From assembly GCA_944363785.1 (NCBI GenBank), contig CALVVF010000001.1:70176-134175 (forward strand): a stretch of DNA of 64,000 nucleotides, written 5' to 3'. The position numbers and the translations under genes are program-made. How positions within the stretch are numbered: the stretch's first letter is position 1; each line of letters begins with the position of its first letter. Shown here in pieces: positions 1 through 10,501 of the stretch. The notes below the pieces were generated by a model. It was not told the origin of the DNA. It made no database searches and worked only from the letters and a program-made list of their open reading frames with translations. The DNA comes from an uncultured Bacilli bacterium (GTDB lineage Bacteria; Bacillota_I; Bacilli_A; RF39; UBA660).

Positions 1-1
1 A

Positions 2-295
2 CGATTTAATTTCTTTCGTTGGATCGATAAGTTGGAATATTGGTTATTAGAATTACCAAAAGCCGACTTAACCATATTTTTACATGTTCCTTTTCAATAT
101 ACTAAAGAATTAATGAAAACCCGAGAATTTACGGATGAAGCAGAAAAAGATGAACAACATCTTATTCAAACGGAAAAGACGTATATTGAATTATCAGAAC
201 TATACAATTGGCAAACAATAGATTGTGTAGAAAATGGGGCGATAAAAACAATCGATGAAATTAATCAGGAAGTATTAGAAAAAGTATTAGCTTAA
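2..295 (+). CDS. C-terminal fragment of a deoxynucleoside/nucleotide kinase-like protein (5-prime end lies outside window)
   Basis: The frame is open from position 2. The ...PKADLTIFLHVP... segment resembles the lid/C-terminal part of dNK/Tmk-type P-loop kinases. It ends at TAA 293-295. Confidence 0.35.
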   Translation, partial: RFNFFRWIDKLEYWLLELPKADLTIFLHVPFQYTKELMKTREFTDEAEKDEQHLIQTEKTYIELSELYNWQTIDCVENGAIKTIDEINQEVLEKVLA

Positions 296-302
296 TAAAC
301 AT

Positions 303-332
303 AAAAAACGACTTATCATTAGTCGTTTTTTT
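303..332. terminator. Bidirectional rho-independent terminator between convergent genes
   Basis: Perfect 7-bp stem AACGACT/AGTCGTT (307-313 and 321-327) with a 7-nt loop. It is flanked by an A-run (303-308) and a T-run (326-332) and overlaps the stop of the minus-strand ATPase gene. Confidence 0.7.
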
Positions 333-1563
333 CATCTTCACTTTCGATATTTAATTCCGCTACTTTAGAATCAGCATCATCTTCAATTTCTACTAATTTA
401 TAGACTTCTTCAAAAGTAGTGTATCCTTTTAATACTTTATCTAATCCATCTTGAAGAAGAGTAATCGTATGATTTTCTCCATATACGAACTCACGTAATG
501 TCTCTTTATCCGTATCTTCTTTACTGATGATATCTCGGATGTCTTCATTGATTAGTAGTACTTCTTGAATCGCAATTCTTCCTAAGAAACCATTAATACA
601 ATGTTCACATTTATTGGCTACCCACATTTCATTAACATTCTTTCCTAAAGCATCTTTGAATACCTTTTTTTCGTATGGAGTAGTCGGTCTAAGTGTCCTA
701 CAGATTGGACATATTCTACGAGCTAACTTCTGAGAAATGATTCCCTCTAAAGCAGTAGAAAGTAAGTAACGTTCTACATTCATATCTAGCAATCTTTCGA
801 TGGTGGCTAACGAGTTGTTGGTATGGATAGTAGAAAGTACAAGGTGCCCGGTAATAGAGGCACGAACCGCAATTTGCGCAGTTTCAGAGTCACGAATTTC
901 TCCGATTAGAATAACGTTTGGGTCCTGACGCAAAATAGAACGTAATGCTGCCGCAAAGGTCATCCCAATTTCGCTGTTGACTTGAACCTGATTGATTCCC
1001 TCTATATTCATTTCGATCGGATCTTCAACGGTAATGATATTGGTTTCCTCATGGTTTAGTGACTGTAACATAGAGTAAGTTGTCGTCGATTTACCAGAAC
1101 CAGTCGCACCAGTTACTAAGATAATTCCATTTGGTACAGCAAGCATCTGTAAGACTTTTTCAAAATTGACCGGTGAAAAGTCCAAACTATGTAATCCCTC
1201 TAAACTCTTACTATAATCGAGAATACGAATAACGACTTTTTCCCCTTCGTTAGTCGGTAGTACCGAAACACGCATATCTAGGTCAATATTATCAATTCTT
1301 CCTTTAATCGCTCCATCTTGTGGTAGGCGGTTCTCCGTAATATTCATCCCAGAAATCAACTTAACCCTAGTGACAACATTTCTCGCATTATCCTTTGGAA
1401 TAATAGTATGATCTTGTAAATTACCATCTACACGCATTCTAATTTTTAATCCATTTTCTAATGGATCAAAGTGAATATCAGAAGCTCTAGCTTTAACCGC
1501 AACTAAGATAATCTTATTTACTAAATCTACTATAGGTATATTTTCTACATCATATTTAACCAT
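319..1563 (-). CDS. GspE/PilB-family secretion/pilus assembly ATPase (ComGA-like, 414 aa)
   Basis: Walker A GATGSGKSTT, Asp/His boxes and the tetracysteine motif CPICR...CEHC typical of GspE/PilB/ComGA (absent from PilT). No long N1 domain. Confidence 0.85.
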   Translation of the reverse strand: MVKYDVENIPIVDLVNKIILVAVKARASDIHFDPLENGLKIRMRVDGNLQDHTIIPKDNARNVVTRVKLISGMNITENRLPQDGAIKGRIDNIDLDMRVSVLPTNEGEKVVIRILDYSKSLEGLHSLDFSPVNFEKVLQMLAVPNGIILVTGATGSGKSTTTYSMLQSLNHEETNIITVEDPIEMNIEGINQVQVNSEIGMTFAAALRSILRQDPNVILIGEIRDSETAQIAVRASITGHLVLSTIHTNNSLATIERLLDMNVERYLLSTALEGIISQKLARRICPICRTLRPTTPYEKKVFKDALGKNVNEMWVANKCEHCINGFLGRIAIQEVLLINEDIRDIISKEDTDKETLREFVYGENHTITLLQDGLDKVLKGYTTFEEVYKLVEIEDDADSKVAELNIESEDEKND

Positions 1564-1689
1564 TTCTTTATCACCTATGTCCTATCCCTTTTCTTTTTAT
1601 CTTTCTATAAATTTATTTTCCCTATGGTATTTTACACTAAATTATTATATAATAAATCTGGAAGATAATCAATAAAGGAAAGTGAATTT

Positions 1690-2310
1690 ATGAAAAGAAT
1701 AAAACAAGGGGGGTTTGTCCTTGTTGAAACATTAATTGTAACTGTATTTGTCATGTCTATTTTTGTTTTTGTTTACAGAAATAGTGTACCGATGATCGGT
1801 CAATATGAAAGGATGCAAAAGTTCGATGATATCGATAGTGTCTATGCTGCTGATATGATGAAAAAAATGATCGAAAACTATATTGATTTTACAGTGATCG
1901 ATCAGAAATTACAAAATGCAACTTATATAGATATCAGTAATTGTAATGATACCACGTACTATCGGGATTCGAGTTATTGTACAAAGTTAAAAAATAATTT
2001 ACATATCGATGATACCGATCTTGTTATTTTAACGAAGTATAATCTTTCGACGACTTTACCGGGAACAAATACTAGTTTTCGTAGCTATGTGAATGAAAAT
2101 GAATATTTTGATTCTGGTAAATTAAGTAATTTCCGTGATTATTTAAGAACAGTTGCCGATAATGAACCTTTTTATAATCCGAGTGATGCGAATAATAAAG
2201 CCGTAGGTCTTTATCGTTTATTTATTACCCGTTCTGTTCCCTTAATTGATGGTACAACAGAAACTAGGTATGCAAATATTGGCATCTATAAGAGTAAATA
2301 TGGAGGTTAG
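1690..2310 (+). CDS. Type IV prepilin-like protein (206 aa)
   Basis: N-terminus MKRIKQGG|FVLVETLIV has a charged leader, Gly at -1, Glu at +5 and a hydrophobic helix. This is a class III prepilin peptidase signal. Confidence 0.7.
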   Translation: MKRIKQGGFVLVETLIVTVFVMSIFVFVYRNSVPMIGQYERMQKFDDIDSVYAADMMKKMIENYIDFTVIDQKLQNATYIDISNCNDTTYYRDSSYCTKLKNNLHIDDTDLVILTKYNLSTTLPGTNTSFRSYVNENEYFDSGKLSNFRDYLRTVADNEPFYNPSDANNKAVGLYRLFITRSVPLIDGTTETRYANIGIYKSKYGG

Positions 2311-3887
2311 TGAGTATGAAGAAATTGAATAAAAAGGGCATGACTGTAATTGAAGTTGTATTAACCTTTGCTTTGATTATGATCATAGTAGCGAGTATTT
2401 TGTCTTTGATTATGAATTATCGAGGCAAAACACAAACAAATTTAACTTACTTAGATCTGATGACCTATAAAAATACACTGACCAAAGAGATCCAAGATGA
2501 TATCTTAAAATATGGTATTGCGGACATTAATCATGAGGGAGAGTGTACTGATCCCAAAAATGCTGGTAAATTTAGTTCCTGTAGTAATATTGTATTTAAA
2601 ACGGGAGTAGAAAAGATATTAGCCGTTTCCAAGATCGATATTGCAGATAGAGAATCTGTTTTAAATAAATATATTCGCTATGGCGATACGAATCATCCTA
2701 TCGATGATTCTCTACCACCTACGATTCCAAGTGGTAGACAACCTGGTGAGTTTCAGACAGTGTTTGTAAGTGATTCTGACTTTTTATCAGTAGATAGTAC
2801 CATTTTATCGGATGGTACCGAAATTAAAATCTATTCTATCGATATTCAAATTGAACACATTGATTTCGATCAAGATTTTGGTATTCATATCGTTGCCACC
2901 AACAATGATATTCTAAATTCAAATTCTTATACAAAGGAGTTTGCCTATACGGGAGATGTTCAAAGCTTTATTGTCCCTGTAACAGGTACTTATCGTATTG
3001 AATTATGGGGTTCTTCTGGTGGAGACATCGGTCCATATCAAGGGGGATTAGGCGGATATACGAGTGGTTATATCCAACTTGAGGAAGGACAAGCCCTTTA
3101 CTTTTACGTCGGTGGTGAAGGTTCACAAACAACAACCGGTGGTTGGAACGGCGGTGGTAACTTAAATCCAGGTGAAGAATTATACGGTTCCTCTGGTGGA
3201 GGTTCAACCGATGTACGTCTCGTCTCTGGAGCATGGAACAGTTTTGATAGCCTAAAATCGCGTATTATGGTAGCCGGCGGCGGTGGAGGAGCTAATTATC
3301 GTAACAGTACTTCCGCTACAGATTTAATTCTTTATGGTTCTGGTAATGGTGGAGCTGGAGGTTGCTTAAATGGCGATGATAGCAGTTGTAGTGGTCTTAG
3401 CGAGCAGTATCAAGCATCAAATGGCTATACAAGCCACAATGAATACACCGTAGGTAGTGGTGGTGCTCAAATTCATGCTGGTGCCAATCGAAGTTATGAC
3501 GCAAGTAATACCTTACTTAATTCCTCAACGACAAACGGCTTTGGAATTAGTGATCTAACCCTTGCCCAAAGTGGTGCTGGTGGTGGTTGGTATGCCGGTG
3601 GTAACGGTACCCATGGTGGAGCTGGCGGAGGTAGCTCATATATTTCTGGACATGATGGTTGTAAAGCGATTTCCCAAAGTTCAACAGCTGATGCCATTAC
3701 GCATACTGATAACTCAGAATACATGAATTTCCTTTTCACAAACACCTTAATGATCGATGGCGATGGTTACAAATGGACAACTGAGAAAACATCTGAGCGT
3801 GTCTCGATGCCAAAAAATGGCGTAACCAATGTAGATGTCGGAAATGATGGTAATGGTTTCGCTAAAGTAACTTATTTAGGCATTTAG
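2310..3887 (+). CDS. Large prepilin-like protein with C-terminal glycine-rich domain (525 aa)
   Basis: N-terminus KKG|MTVIEVVLTFALIMIIV carries a prepilin signal with Glu at +5. Residues ~210-460 are Gly-rich ([46 protein letters not shown]) in the style of Pfam Gly_rich domains. Its start overlaps the stop of the upstream gene (ATGA). Confidence 0.65.
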   Translation: MSMKKLNKKGMTVIEVVLTFALIMIIVASILSLIMNYRGKTQTNLTYLDLMTYKNTLTKEIQDDILKYGIADINHEGECTDPKNAGKFSSCSNIVFKTGVEKILAVSKIDIADRESVLNKYIRYGDTNHPIDDSLPPTIPSGRQPGEFQTVFVSDSDFLSVDSTILSDGTEIKIYSIDIQIEHIDFDQDFGIHIVATNNDILNSNSYTKEFAYTGDVQSFIVPVTGTYRIELWGSSGGDIGPYQGGLGGYTSGYIQLEEGQALYFYVGGEGSQTTTGGWNGGGNLNPGEELYGSSGGGSTDVRLVSGAWNSFDSLKSRIMVAGGGGGANYRNSTSATDLILYGSGNGGAGGCLNGDDSSCSGLSEQYQASNGYTSHNEYTVGSGGAQIHAGANRSYDASNTLLNSSTTNGFGISDLTLAQSGAGGGWYAGGNGTHGGAGGGSSYISGHDGCKAISQSSTADAITHTDNSEYMNFLFTNTLMIDGDGYKWTTEKTSERVSMPKNGVTNVDVGNDGNGFAKVTYLGI

Positions 3888-4825
3888 ATAATAAATAAAT
3901 ATAAAATAGATACAAGTATAGCACAAATTAGCGCATGCAATAAGCGACTAAAAAAGAAATACTTGTATTTTATTTTGCTTCCACTAAGGATACTAAGTAC
4001 TTGCATATGAACACTTAACCCACCAAACGAAGTAAAAATCCCCATCCAAATTAATTTAGCAAGCTCTGAAATAGGAAGAGCACTCATGTACTTTACCCCT
4101 TGAGTCATCTCTAAAATCCCACAGATAATCGCTTTTAAATACGGATCAAAAGTAAATACCTGTTCTAATATTGTCGATAACACCAAAAACACAGTAACGA
4201 TTCCTAAAAGCAAAAATAAAGTACTAACAGCATCTTGAATACTATTCGTTAAAGCGCCCCCTAAAGAAGGTCTAGAAGTAGAAGACGGAAGTATATAGGA
4301 CTTAGATTGATAATTTCTATCTCTTTTAGAGACTAAACACCCAACCATAATCCCAGATGCCACATGAGAAAATAAAAGAATAACTCCTAATTGAATATTT
4401 CCTAAAAGTAAACTTCCGATCATACCTAGGATAAATAAAGGATTAGAATAATGCGTAAAACTAAGTAACCTTGAAGCTTCTTCTGTTGTGATTAATTTCT
4501 TTTCCCATAGTTCTTTCGTATATTTCGCCCCACTTGGAAATCCCGATATTAAACTGATCGCTAATACAAAACTACTTTGTTTAGGTTGTGAAAATAACCG
4601 TGGCATAATTCTTCCTATCGAATGAGATAAAACGTCGACAAACCCATATTGAAGGAGTAAATTAGACACCACAAAAAAAGGAAATAAAGAAGGAAACAAA
4701 TTCTTCGTCCAAATCGTAAGAGAAAAGCTAACTGCTTCGATCACTTGATCAGAAAAAACAATAATAGCCCCAGTAATTGTCAGAAGTAGACAGATAAATA
4801 GATGCTCAGTGATTTTTTTGCTCAT
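3884..4825 (-). CDS. Polytopic membrane protein, YlbJ-like (sporulation integral membrane/nucleoside-recognition type)
   Basis: 313 aa with multiple TM helices. Sits beside the ylbL homolog, as in the B. subtilis ylbJ-ylbL locus. Shorter than B. subtilis YlbJ. Confidence 0.35.
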   Translation of the reverse strand: MSKKITEHLFICLLLTITGAIIVFSDQVIEAVSFSLTIWTKNLFPSLFPFFVVSNLLLQYGFVDVLSHSIGRIMPRLFSQPKQSSFVLAISLISGFPSGAKYTKELWEKKLITTEEASRLLSFTHYSNPLFILGMIGSLLLGNIQLGVILLFSHVASGIMVGCLVSKRDRNYQSKSYILPSSTSRPSLGGALTNSIQDAVSTLFLLLGIVTVFLVLSTILEQVFTFDPYLKAIICGILEMTQGVKYMSALPISELAKLIWMGIFTSFGGLSVHMQVLSILSGSKIKYKYFFFSRLLHALICAILVSILYLFII

Positions 4826-4871
4826 AAAAACGCTTCTTTCATGTTATACTTTATTAGTGAGGAATGATGTC

Positions 4872-5879
4872 ATGTTTAATAAACTATATGAAAAAATAAA
4901 AGAAATAATCAAAGAAAACTATTTATTCATCTGTTTTTATTTTGTTTTAATAGCTATTTGTTTTTACCCCCTTCCTTATTATATTTATAGTGGTGGTGGA
5001 ACAATCGATGTCAGTGATCGCTTAGAAATAGAAGATAGTTACGAAAGTAAAGGAAGTTATCATCTTTGTTATGTCTCTGAATTAAGAGCGACGATTCCTA
5101 GTTATTTAATCGCTAAAATTCTCCCAAGTTGGGACTTAGTTCCTATGGAAGATGTCTCTTTAAATGATGAAGAAACGGAAGAAGATATTGTTATCCGTGA
5201 TAAAATCTTTTTAAACGATGCCAATATGAATGCAATTTCCGTTGCTTTTCAAAAAGCAGGTAAAACGTTTACCATTACCGATACTAAGAATTATATTATC
5301 TATATCGATGAAAAAGCCAAAACCGATTTAAAGATTGGTGATAACATTCAAGCTGTAGATCAAATACCTTTAAATAATTTAAGTGAACTTCAACAGATTG
5401 TTCAAGGAAAAGAAGTAGGGGATAAACTAACTTTTGAAGTTGAACGAGATGGTGAAATAGTAGCTTGTGAAGCCGAAGTATTTGAACAAGAAAAAAGAAA
5501 ATATGTCGGTATATCACTACAGACTAATTTTATCTATGAAACAGATCCTAAAGTAGAACTTCATTTCAGTGAAACTGAAGCAGGACCTTCGGGAGGATTA
5601 ATGCTTACTCTTTCGATCTATGATCAATTAATCGAAGAAGATATCACCAAGGGTCGAAAAATAGCTGGTACAGGTACGATCGATAAAGATGGTAATGTCG
5701 GCTCAATCGGAGGCGTAAAATATAAACTAGCTGGTGCTGTCAAAGAGGGTAGTGATGTCTTTATCGTCCCTAATGGTGAAAATTACGAAGAATGTATCAA
5801 ACTTCAAAAAGAAAAAGATTATGATATCGAAATCATCGGAGTCAGTACGTTTGATGAAGCGTTAGAAAAACTAAAATAA
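4872..5879 (+). CDS. ylbL: YlbL/SepM-type PDZ plus Lon-like (S16) protease domain protein
   Basis: N-terminal TM, PDZ region and Lon C-terminal-like motifs (SGGLMLTLSIYDQL, GTGTIDKDGNVGSIGGVKYK). GAGG RBS sits 10 nt upstream of ATG 4872. Confidence 0.7.
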   Translation: MFNKLYEKIKEIIKENYLFICFYFVLIAICFYPLPYYIYSGGGTIDVSDRLEIEDSYESKGSYHLCYVSELRATIPSYLIAKILPSWDLVPMEDVSLNDEETEEDIVIRDKIFLNDANMNAISVAFQKAGKTFTITDTKNYIIYIDEKAKTDLKIGDNIQAVDQIPLNNLSELQQIVQGKEVGDKLTFEVERDGEIVACEAEVFEQEKRKYVGISLQTNFIYETDPKVELHFSETEAGPSGGLMLTLSIYDQLIEEDITKGRKIAGTGTIDKDGNVGSIGGVKYKLAGAVKEGSDVFIVPNGENYEECIKLQKEKDYDIEIIGVSTFDEALEKLK

Positions 5880-5995
5880 AACAGATTAACTCAAGCAATG
5901 TCTTGGGTTTTACTATGGAAGAAAAGAATAGAAAACAAACTATTATTGAGTTATCGCTCGCTACGTGTTATAATATAAATCACTAAATGTAAGGG

Positions 5996-6883
5996 ATGAA
6001 GATAATGAAAAAAGAAGAGGAAATGTATTCTATAACAAAAAATATTCCTATGTATGGCAATCTAACTTTTTATTATAGCAAAAAGACAAAAATAGCATCT
6101 TCGTTATACTTAGTTACTTGTCAAACCAAAAACCAAGAGATATTCAGTGGAATTATCGATGAAAAAGATAAAACTGAACGAATTCCAATAGACAAGTGGC
6201 AATTAACAACTTATTTTAAAACCAAAGATGAAAAGAATATCTGTGTTGCCTTCCAAAAAGACACTAAAGAACAGTATTTTCATCTTCAATATCAAGAAAA
6301 AGGAGAAAACTACGCATTAGTTACGCAAACTTCATTAGAAAGTGCTATTCCGCTTTCTTTTTCTAGGGTGCCTAAACACGATGATTATTGGATTATTACT
6401 CTCCATACTGAAGAAGAAAAATATGCCCTTTATCATATTCAAAACCATAAAATCGTATCGGACTTTTTCGATATCTTAGATTTTGAAGAAGAAAATGCCC
6501 CTCATTATGCGTATTTTTGTCAAAATCTAGAAGCTAAGCCAGCCTATGATGAGCCAGCAGTTAAATTTACGACCCTAATCGGTTTTTTAAATAAAGAAGC
6601 TCAGTTTTCTTCTTATATTTTAGATAGTACTCGAGTAGATAGCGATAAAAAATTCTACTCTCCAGAAAAATTAGGGTATCATTCATTAAGCAGACAATAT
6701 CAACAATTTAAAAGAAGTCTATTACAGTATTATCTCCAAGAATACGAAAGAAACCAAGCTCTTCTCCATGAGAATATAGCTTTCTTGTATGATCATCCAA
6801 TCGATACAACGAAAAGTCAAGAACTAGAACAAGCAGCCCCAAAAGGGAAAATCATGGCATTTAGGCCCAAAAAGAACGAATAA
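5996..6883 (+). CDS. Hypothetical protein (295 aa)
   Basis: Long ORF with coding-like composition and no recognisable motif. Confidence 0.4.
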   Translation: MKIMKKEEEMYSITKNIPMYGNLTFYYSKKTKIASSLYLVTCQTKNQEIFSGIIDEKDKTERIPIDKWQLTTYFKTKDEKNICVAFQKDTKEQYFHLQYQEKGENYALVTQTSLESAIPLSFSRVPKHDDYWIITLHTEEEKYALYHIQNHKIVSDFFDILDFEEENAPHYAYFCQNLEAKPAYDEPAVKFTTLIGFLNKEAQFSSYILDSTRVDSDKKFYSPEKLGYHSLSRQYQQFKRSLLQYYLQEYERNQALLHENIAFLYDHPIDTTKSQELEQAAPKGKIMAFRPKKNE

Positions 6884-6898
6884 TAAAGTAGGTGTAGA

Positions 6899-9451
6899 AT
6901 GAAACGCAGTGAAGTAGATAGAGAAAAAATTTCTCCCATGATGAAACAATATTTAGAAATCAAAGATAAGTATGAAGATACCATTATCTTTTTTCGCCTT
7001 GGAGACTTTTATGAAATGTTCTTTGAAGATGCGACAACTTGTAGCCGTGAATTAGAACTAACTTTAACAGGAAAAAACTGTGGTCTTGAAGAAAGAGTTC
7101 CTATGTGTGGTATTCCTTATCATGCTTATCAAACATACTTAGATAAATTAATTGAAAGAGGATATAAAGTAGCTATCTGTGAACAGATGCAGGACCCTAA
7201 AGAAACCAAAGGAATGGTTGAAAGAGAAGTTATTCAAGTCGTAACGAAAGGAACTGTCATTGATGATTCTCTAAATGCGAAAGATTATAATTATATCGGT
7301 AGTATTTATGACTTTGAATACTGTTACAGTATATCCTATATCGATATTTCAACAGGATATTCTTATGCCTTTATCTTAGATCATGATACAGATAAATTAT
7401 TAAAAGAAGTAATGAACTTGAATATCAAAGAAGCGATTGTGAATACTAAGATCGATCGAACGATCATCAACTATTTACGAGAAAACTTACATATGTTGAT
7501 TACCATTACCGATGAATGCTATTCGGGAAGTGACTATCAGTATATTTATCAAGATACCAAAGATATTCGTATCATGACTGGAATGAACCACTTACTCAGT
7601 TATCTATTAGAAACCAAAAAAGGAAATCTTTCTCATATTCAAAAAGTAGAAATCGTCAATAAAAATAAACATCTTCTTTTTGATGGGCATACTAAGAAGA
7701 ACCTAGAACTAGTAGAAACAATTCGTAATCATGACCGAATGTATTCTCTTTTATGGTTATTAGATAAGACAAAAACCGCTATGGGAAGTAGAATGTTAAA
7801 GCTAAATATTGAAAACCCTCTAACGGATAAACAAGAGATTTTAAGACGTTATCAAATTATTGAAAAATTACTAACCGAGTTTATCTTAAAAGAAGAACTT
7901 GCCCAAGAGTTAGATAAAGTCTATGACCTAGAACGATTATCTTCTAGAATCAGTTACGGAAATTTAAATGCTAGAGATTTGGTTCAATTGATGAATTCCT
8001 TAGAAGCACTTCCTAATATCAGACGAATACTCACGGACTTAAAATATGATAAAAATATTGAAACTTTAGATGAGTTATACCAATTATTGAAAAAAGCAAT
8101 CCGAGTAGACGCTCCACCTACTTTAAAAGAAGGAGCCTTGATCAATGAAGGGTATAATCAAGAATTAGATGATTTAAAAAGTATTCGAAAAAACAGTAAA
8201 GACTTCATTCTAAAAATCGAAAATGATGAAAAAGCCAGAACGGGAATTAAAAATTTAAAGATTGGTTTCAATAAAGTATTTGGTTATTATATCGAAGTTA
8301 GTAAAGGTAGTATTCCCCTAATTAAAGAAGAATTTGGTTATGAGAGAAAACAGACTTTAGCCAATTGTGAACGGTTTATTACTCCTTTATTAAAAGAAAA
8401 AGAAGATATTATTCTAGGAGCAGAAGAGAAGATTATTAACCTTGAATACCAGTTATTTATGGAAATTAGAGACATCACAAGAAAATATATTGGTAGAATT
8501 CAATTGATTTCTAAGATTTTGGCAGAAGTAGATATGTTGGTCGCTTTTTCGACAGTAGCAGAAGAAAATAATTATGTAAAACCAGAAATTACGACAGATA
8601 GAGTGATCCAAATTAAAGAGGGAAGACATCCCGTTGTAGAAAAAGTAAATAAATTTGAATATGTAGCTAATGATATTACCATGGGAAAAGATACCAATAT
8701 CTTACTGATAACTGGACCTAATATGGCAGGAAAAAGTACGTATATGAGGCAACTTGCCATTATCATCATTATGGCACAGATCGGTTCTTTTGTACCATGT
8801 AAAAGCTGTACCATTCCTATTTTTGATAAAATCTTCACTAGAATTGGCGCTTCCGATGACTTAGTAAGTGGCGAATCTACTTTCATGATCGAAATGAAAG
8901 AAGCCAATATGGCAATTCAAGAAGCAACCGAACACAGTTTAATCTTATTCGATGAACTAGGACGTGGTACCGCTACTTATGATGGAATGAGTTTAGCCCA
9001 AGCAATTTTAGAGTACATTCATGATAAGATCAAAGCCAAAACTTTATTCTCTACCCATTATCATGAATTAACGGCCTTAGCAGCTGATTTACCTAACTTA
9101 AAAAACGTTCATGTCAGTGCGATCGAAGAAAAGGGTTCTATTACTTTCTTACACAAAGTCAAAAGTGGAGCAGTAGATAAAAGTTATGGTATCCATGTTG
9201 CGGCACTAGCCAAATTACCGAACAGTTTAATTGAAAGAGCAGAAGAAATCTTAGCTGTTTACGAAAATAAAAGTAATAAAAAACAAACCTTTACCCAGAC
9301 GAGTCTATTCTTAGATTTCGACGAAAAAGAAGAGAAAAAAGAAGACTTTTTAACTGAGAAATTAGAAAGTATTAATCCCTTAGAAATCACACCGATCGAA
9401 GCATTAAATCTATTATATGAATGGAAAAAAGAATTAAAAGAGAAAAAATAA
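6899..9451 (+). CDS. mutS: DNA mismatch repair protein MutS
   Basis: 850 aa. N-terminal mismatch-binding region (TPMMKQY, GDFYE) and Walker A GPNMAGKSTYMRQ in the ATPase domain. Confidence 0.95.
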   Translation: MKRSEVDREKISPMMKQYLEIKDKYEDTIIFFRLGDFYEMFFEDATTCSRELELTLTGKNCGLEERVPMCGIPYHAYQTYLDKLIERGYKVAICEQMQDPKETKGMVEREVIQVVTKGTVIDDSLNAKDYNYIGSIYDFEYCYSISYIDISTGYSYAFILDHDTDKLLKEVMNLNIKEAIVNTKIDRTIINYLRENLHMLITITDECYSGSDYQYIYQDTKDIRIMTGMNHLLSYLLETKKGNLSHIQKVEIVNKNKHLLFDGHTKKNLELVETIRNHDRMYSLLWLLDKTKTAMGSRMLKLNIENPLTDKQEILRRYQIIEKLLTEFILKEELAQELDKVYDLERLSSRISYGNLNARDLVQLMNSLEALPNIRRILTDLKYDKNIETLDELYQLLKKAIRVDAPPTLKEGALINEGYNQELDDLKSIRKNSKDFILKIENDEKARTGIKNLKIGFNKVFGYYIEVSKGSIPLIKEEFGYERKQTLANCERFITPLLKEKEDIILGAEEKIINLEYQLFMEIRDITRKYIGRIQLISKILAEVDMLVAFSTVAEENNYVKPEITTDRVIQIKEGRHPVVEKVNKFEYVANDITMGKDTNILLITGPNMAGKSTYMRQLAIIIIMAQIGSFVPCKSCTIPIFDKIFTRIGASDDLVSGESTFMIEMKEANMAIQEATEHSLILFDELGRGTATYDGMSLAQAILEYIHDKIKAKTLFSTHYHELTALAADLPNLKNVHVSAIEEKGSITFLHKVKSGAVDKSYGIHVAALAKLPNSLIERAEEILAVYENKSNKKQTFTQTSLFLDFDEKEEKKEDFLTEKLESINPLEITPIEALNLLYEWKKELKEKK

Positions 9452-9531
9452 TACATAGAAAAGGAATATTCATCATGAAAAGAATATTGCCTTTTTTTCC
9501 TTTTCATGTTATTTTCAAAGTGGTGAATGAG

Positions 9532-9990
9532 ATGAAAAAAATAGCTTTACTTAGCTTGATCCTCCTTTTATTTAGTGGTTGTAGTATTCTTTGTAAACAA
9601 AAGATTATCACTTATCAAGCAACAAACAATACTTTAGAGTTAGACGCAGAATTATCTGTAGATGAATGTAAAGAAGATCAACTAGAAATTACCAATATTC
9701 AATATAAAGACGATATTCTAGTCACTAAAGTAGTAGTTACCCTATATGAGGAAAAAGAAGTGGTTGCTGTGATAAATAGTAACGAGACAGAAATAGAGTA
9801 TGAAGGTAAAGGCGAAAACTACGAACCAGTCTTCGAATTAAATGAATATTTAAAACCACGTAAATTATTATTGACAGAGAACAAGATTGATGAAAATAAG
9901 GTATCTTCTTACCGTCTTGAAATAAAAATAACTACTACTTCTAATGAAGAAATAACGATAGAAACCAACTTAGAAAAAAGAGAAAAATAA
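9532..9990 (+). CDS. Putative lipoprotein (152 aa)
   Basis: MKKIALLSLILLLFSGCS matches a signal peptidase II lipobox (LFSGC). Start re-chosen at the internal ATG with upstream GGTGA. Confidence 0.5.
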   Translation: MKKIALLSLILLLFSGCSILCKQKIITYQATNNTLELDAELSVDECKEDQLEITNIQYKDDILVTKVVVTLYEEKEVVAVINSNETEIEYEGKGENYEPVFELNEYLKPRKLLLTENKIDENKVSSYRLEIKITTTSNEEITIETNLEKREK

Positions 9991-10074
9991 GTCTCTTTTT
10001 TTCTTTTATCAATTTATAAATTTTGCTTTGACCTTTATACTAAGATATGATAAACTTTATCTGGGTGATTCTTT

Positions 10075-10500
10075 ATGAAAAGTCGTAGTGAACTACGAGA
10101 AATCGTAATGAAAATTTTATATCAAGTATTTATCTTAAAAGAAGCTTCAGTCGAATTTGACATCGAGAAGTTAAAAAAAGAACAATTAGAAGTAGAAAAT
10201 GATTTTGTGAATGAACTACTATATGGTATTTTAGAACACAAAGAAAGTCTCTATGAAAAAGCCAACCAATATCTAAAAAATTGGGAAATGGAAAGATTAA
10301 ATAAAGTGGATCAAGCGATTATTTGTATCGGTTCTTATGAATTATTGTATACAGAGACGCCTAGTATTGTAGCGATTAATGAAGCAGTAGAACTTTCTAA
10401 GAAATATTCTGATGAAAAAGTAACCAAAATGGTCAATGCCGTCCTAGATGAAATCTTTCATGAAAAAGAAGAAGGAGCTTTAGCAGAAGGAAGTAATTAG
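10075..10500 (+). CDS. nusB: Transcription antitermination factor NusB
   Basis: 141 aa. N-terminus RSELREIVMKILYQ and overall helical NusB pattern. Sits immediately upstream of xseA as in Bacillus. Confidence 0.85.
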   Translation: MKSRSELREIVMKILYQVFILKEASVEFDIEKLKKEQLEVENDFVNELLYGILEHKESLYEKANQYLKNWEMERLNKVDQAIICIGSYELLYTETPSIVAINEAVELSKKYSDEKVTKMVNAVLDEIFHEKEEGALAEGSN

Positions 10501-10501
10501 T

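Noticed and set aside
2968-3745. Antisense ORFs 2968..3234 and 3494..3745 inside the Gly-rich pilin-like gene
   Set aside because: They lie opposite a strongly coding frame. Their Pro/His/Arg-rich composition is the mirror image of GGN codons. Spurious.
8572-8907. 111-aa ORF antisense to mutS
   Set aside because: It is embedded in the conserved MutS ATPase domain on the other strand. Antisense artefact.
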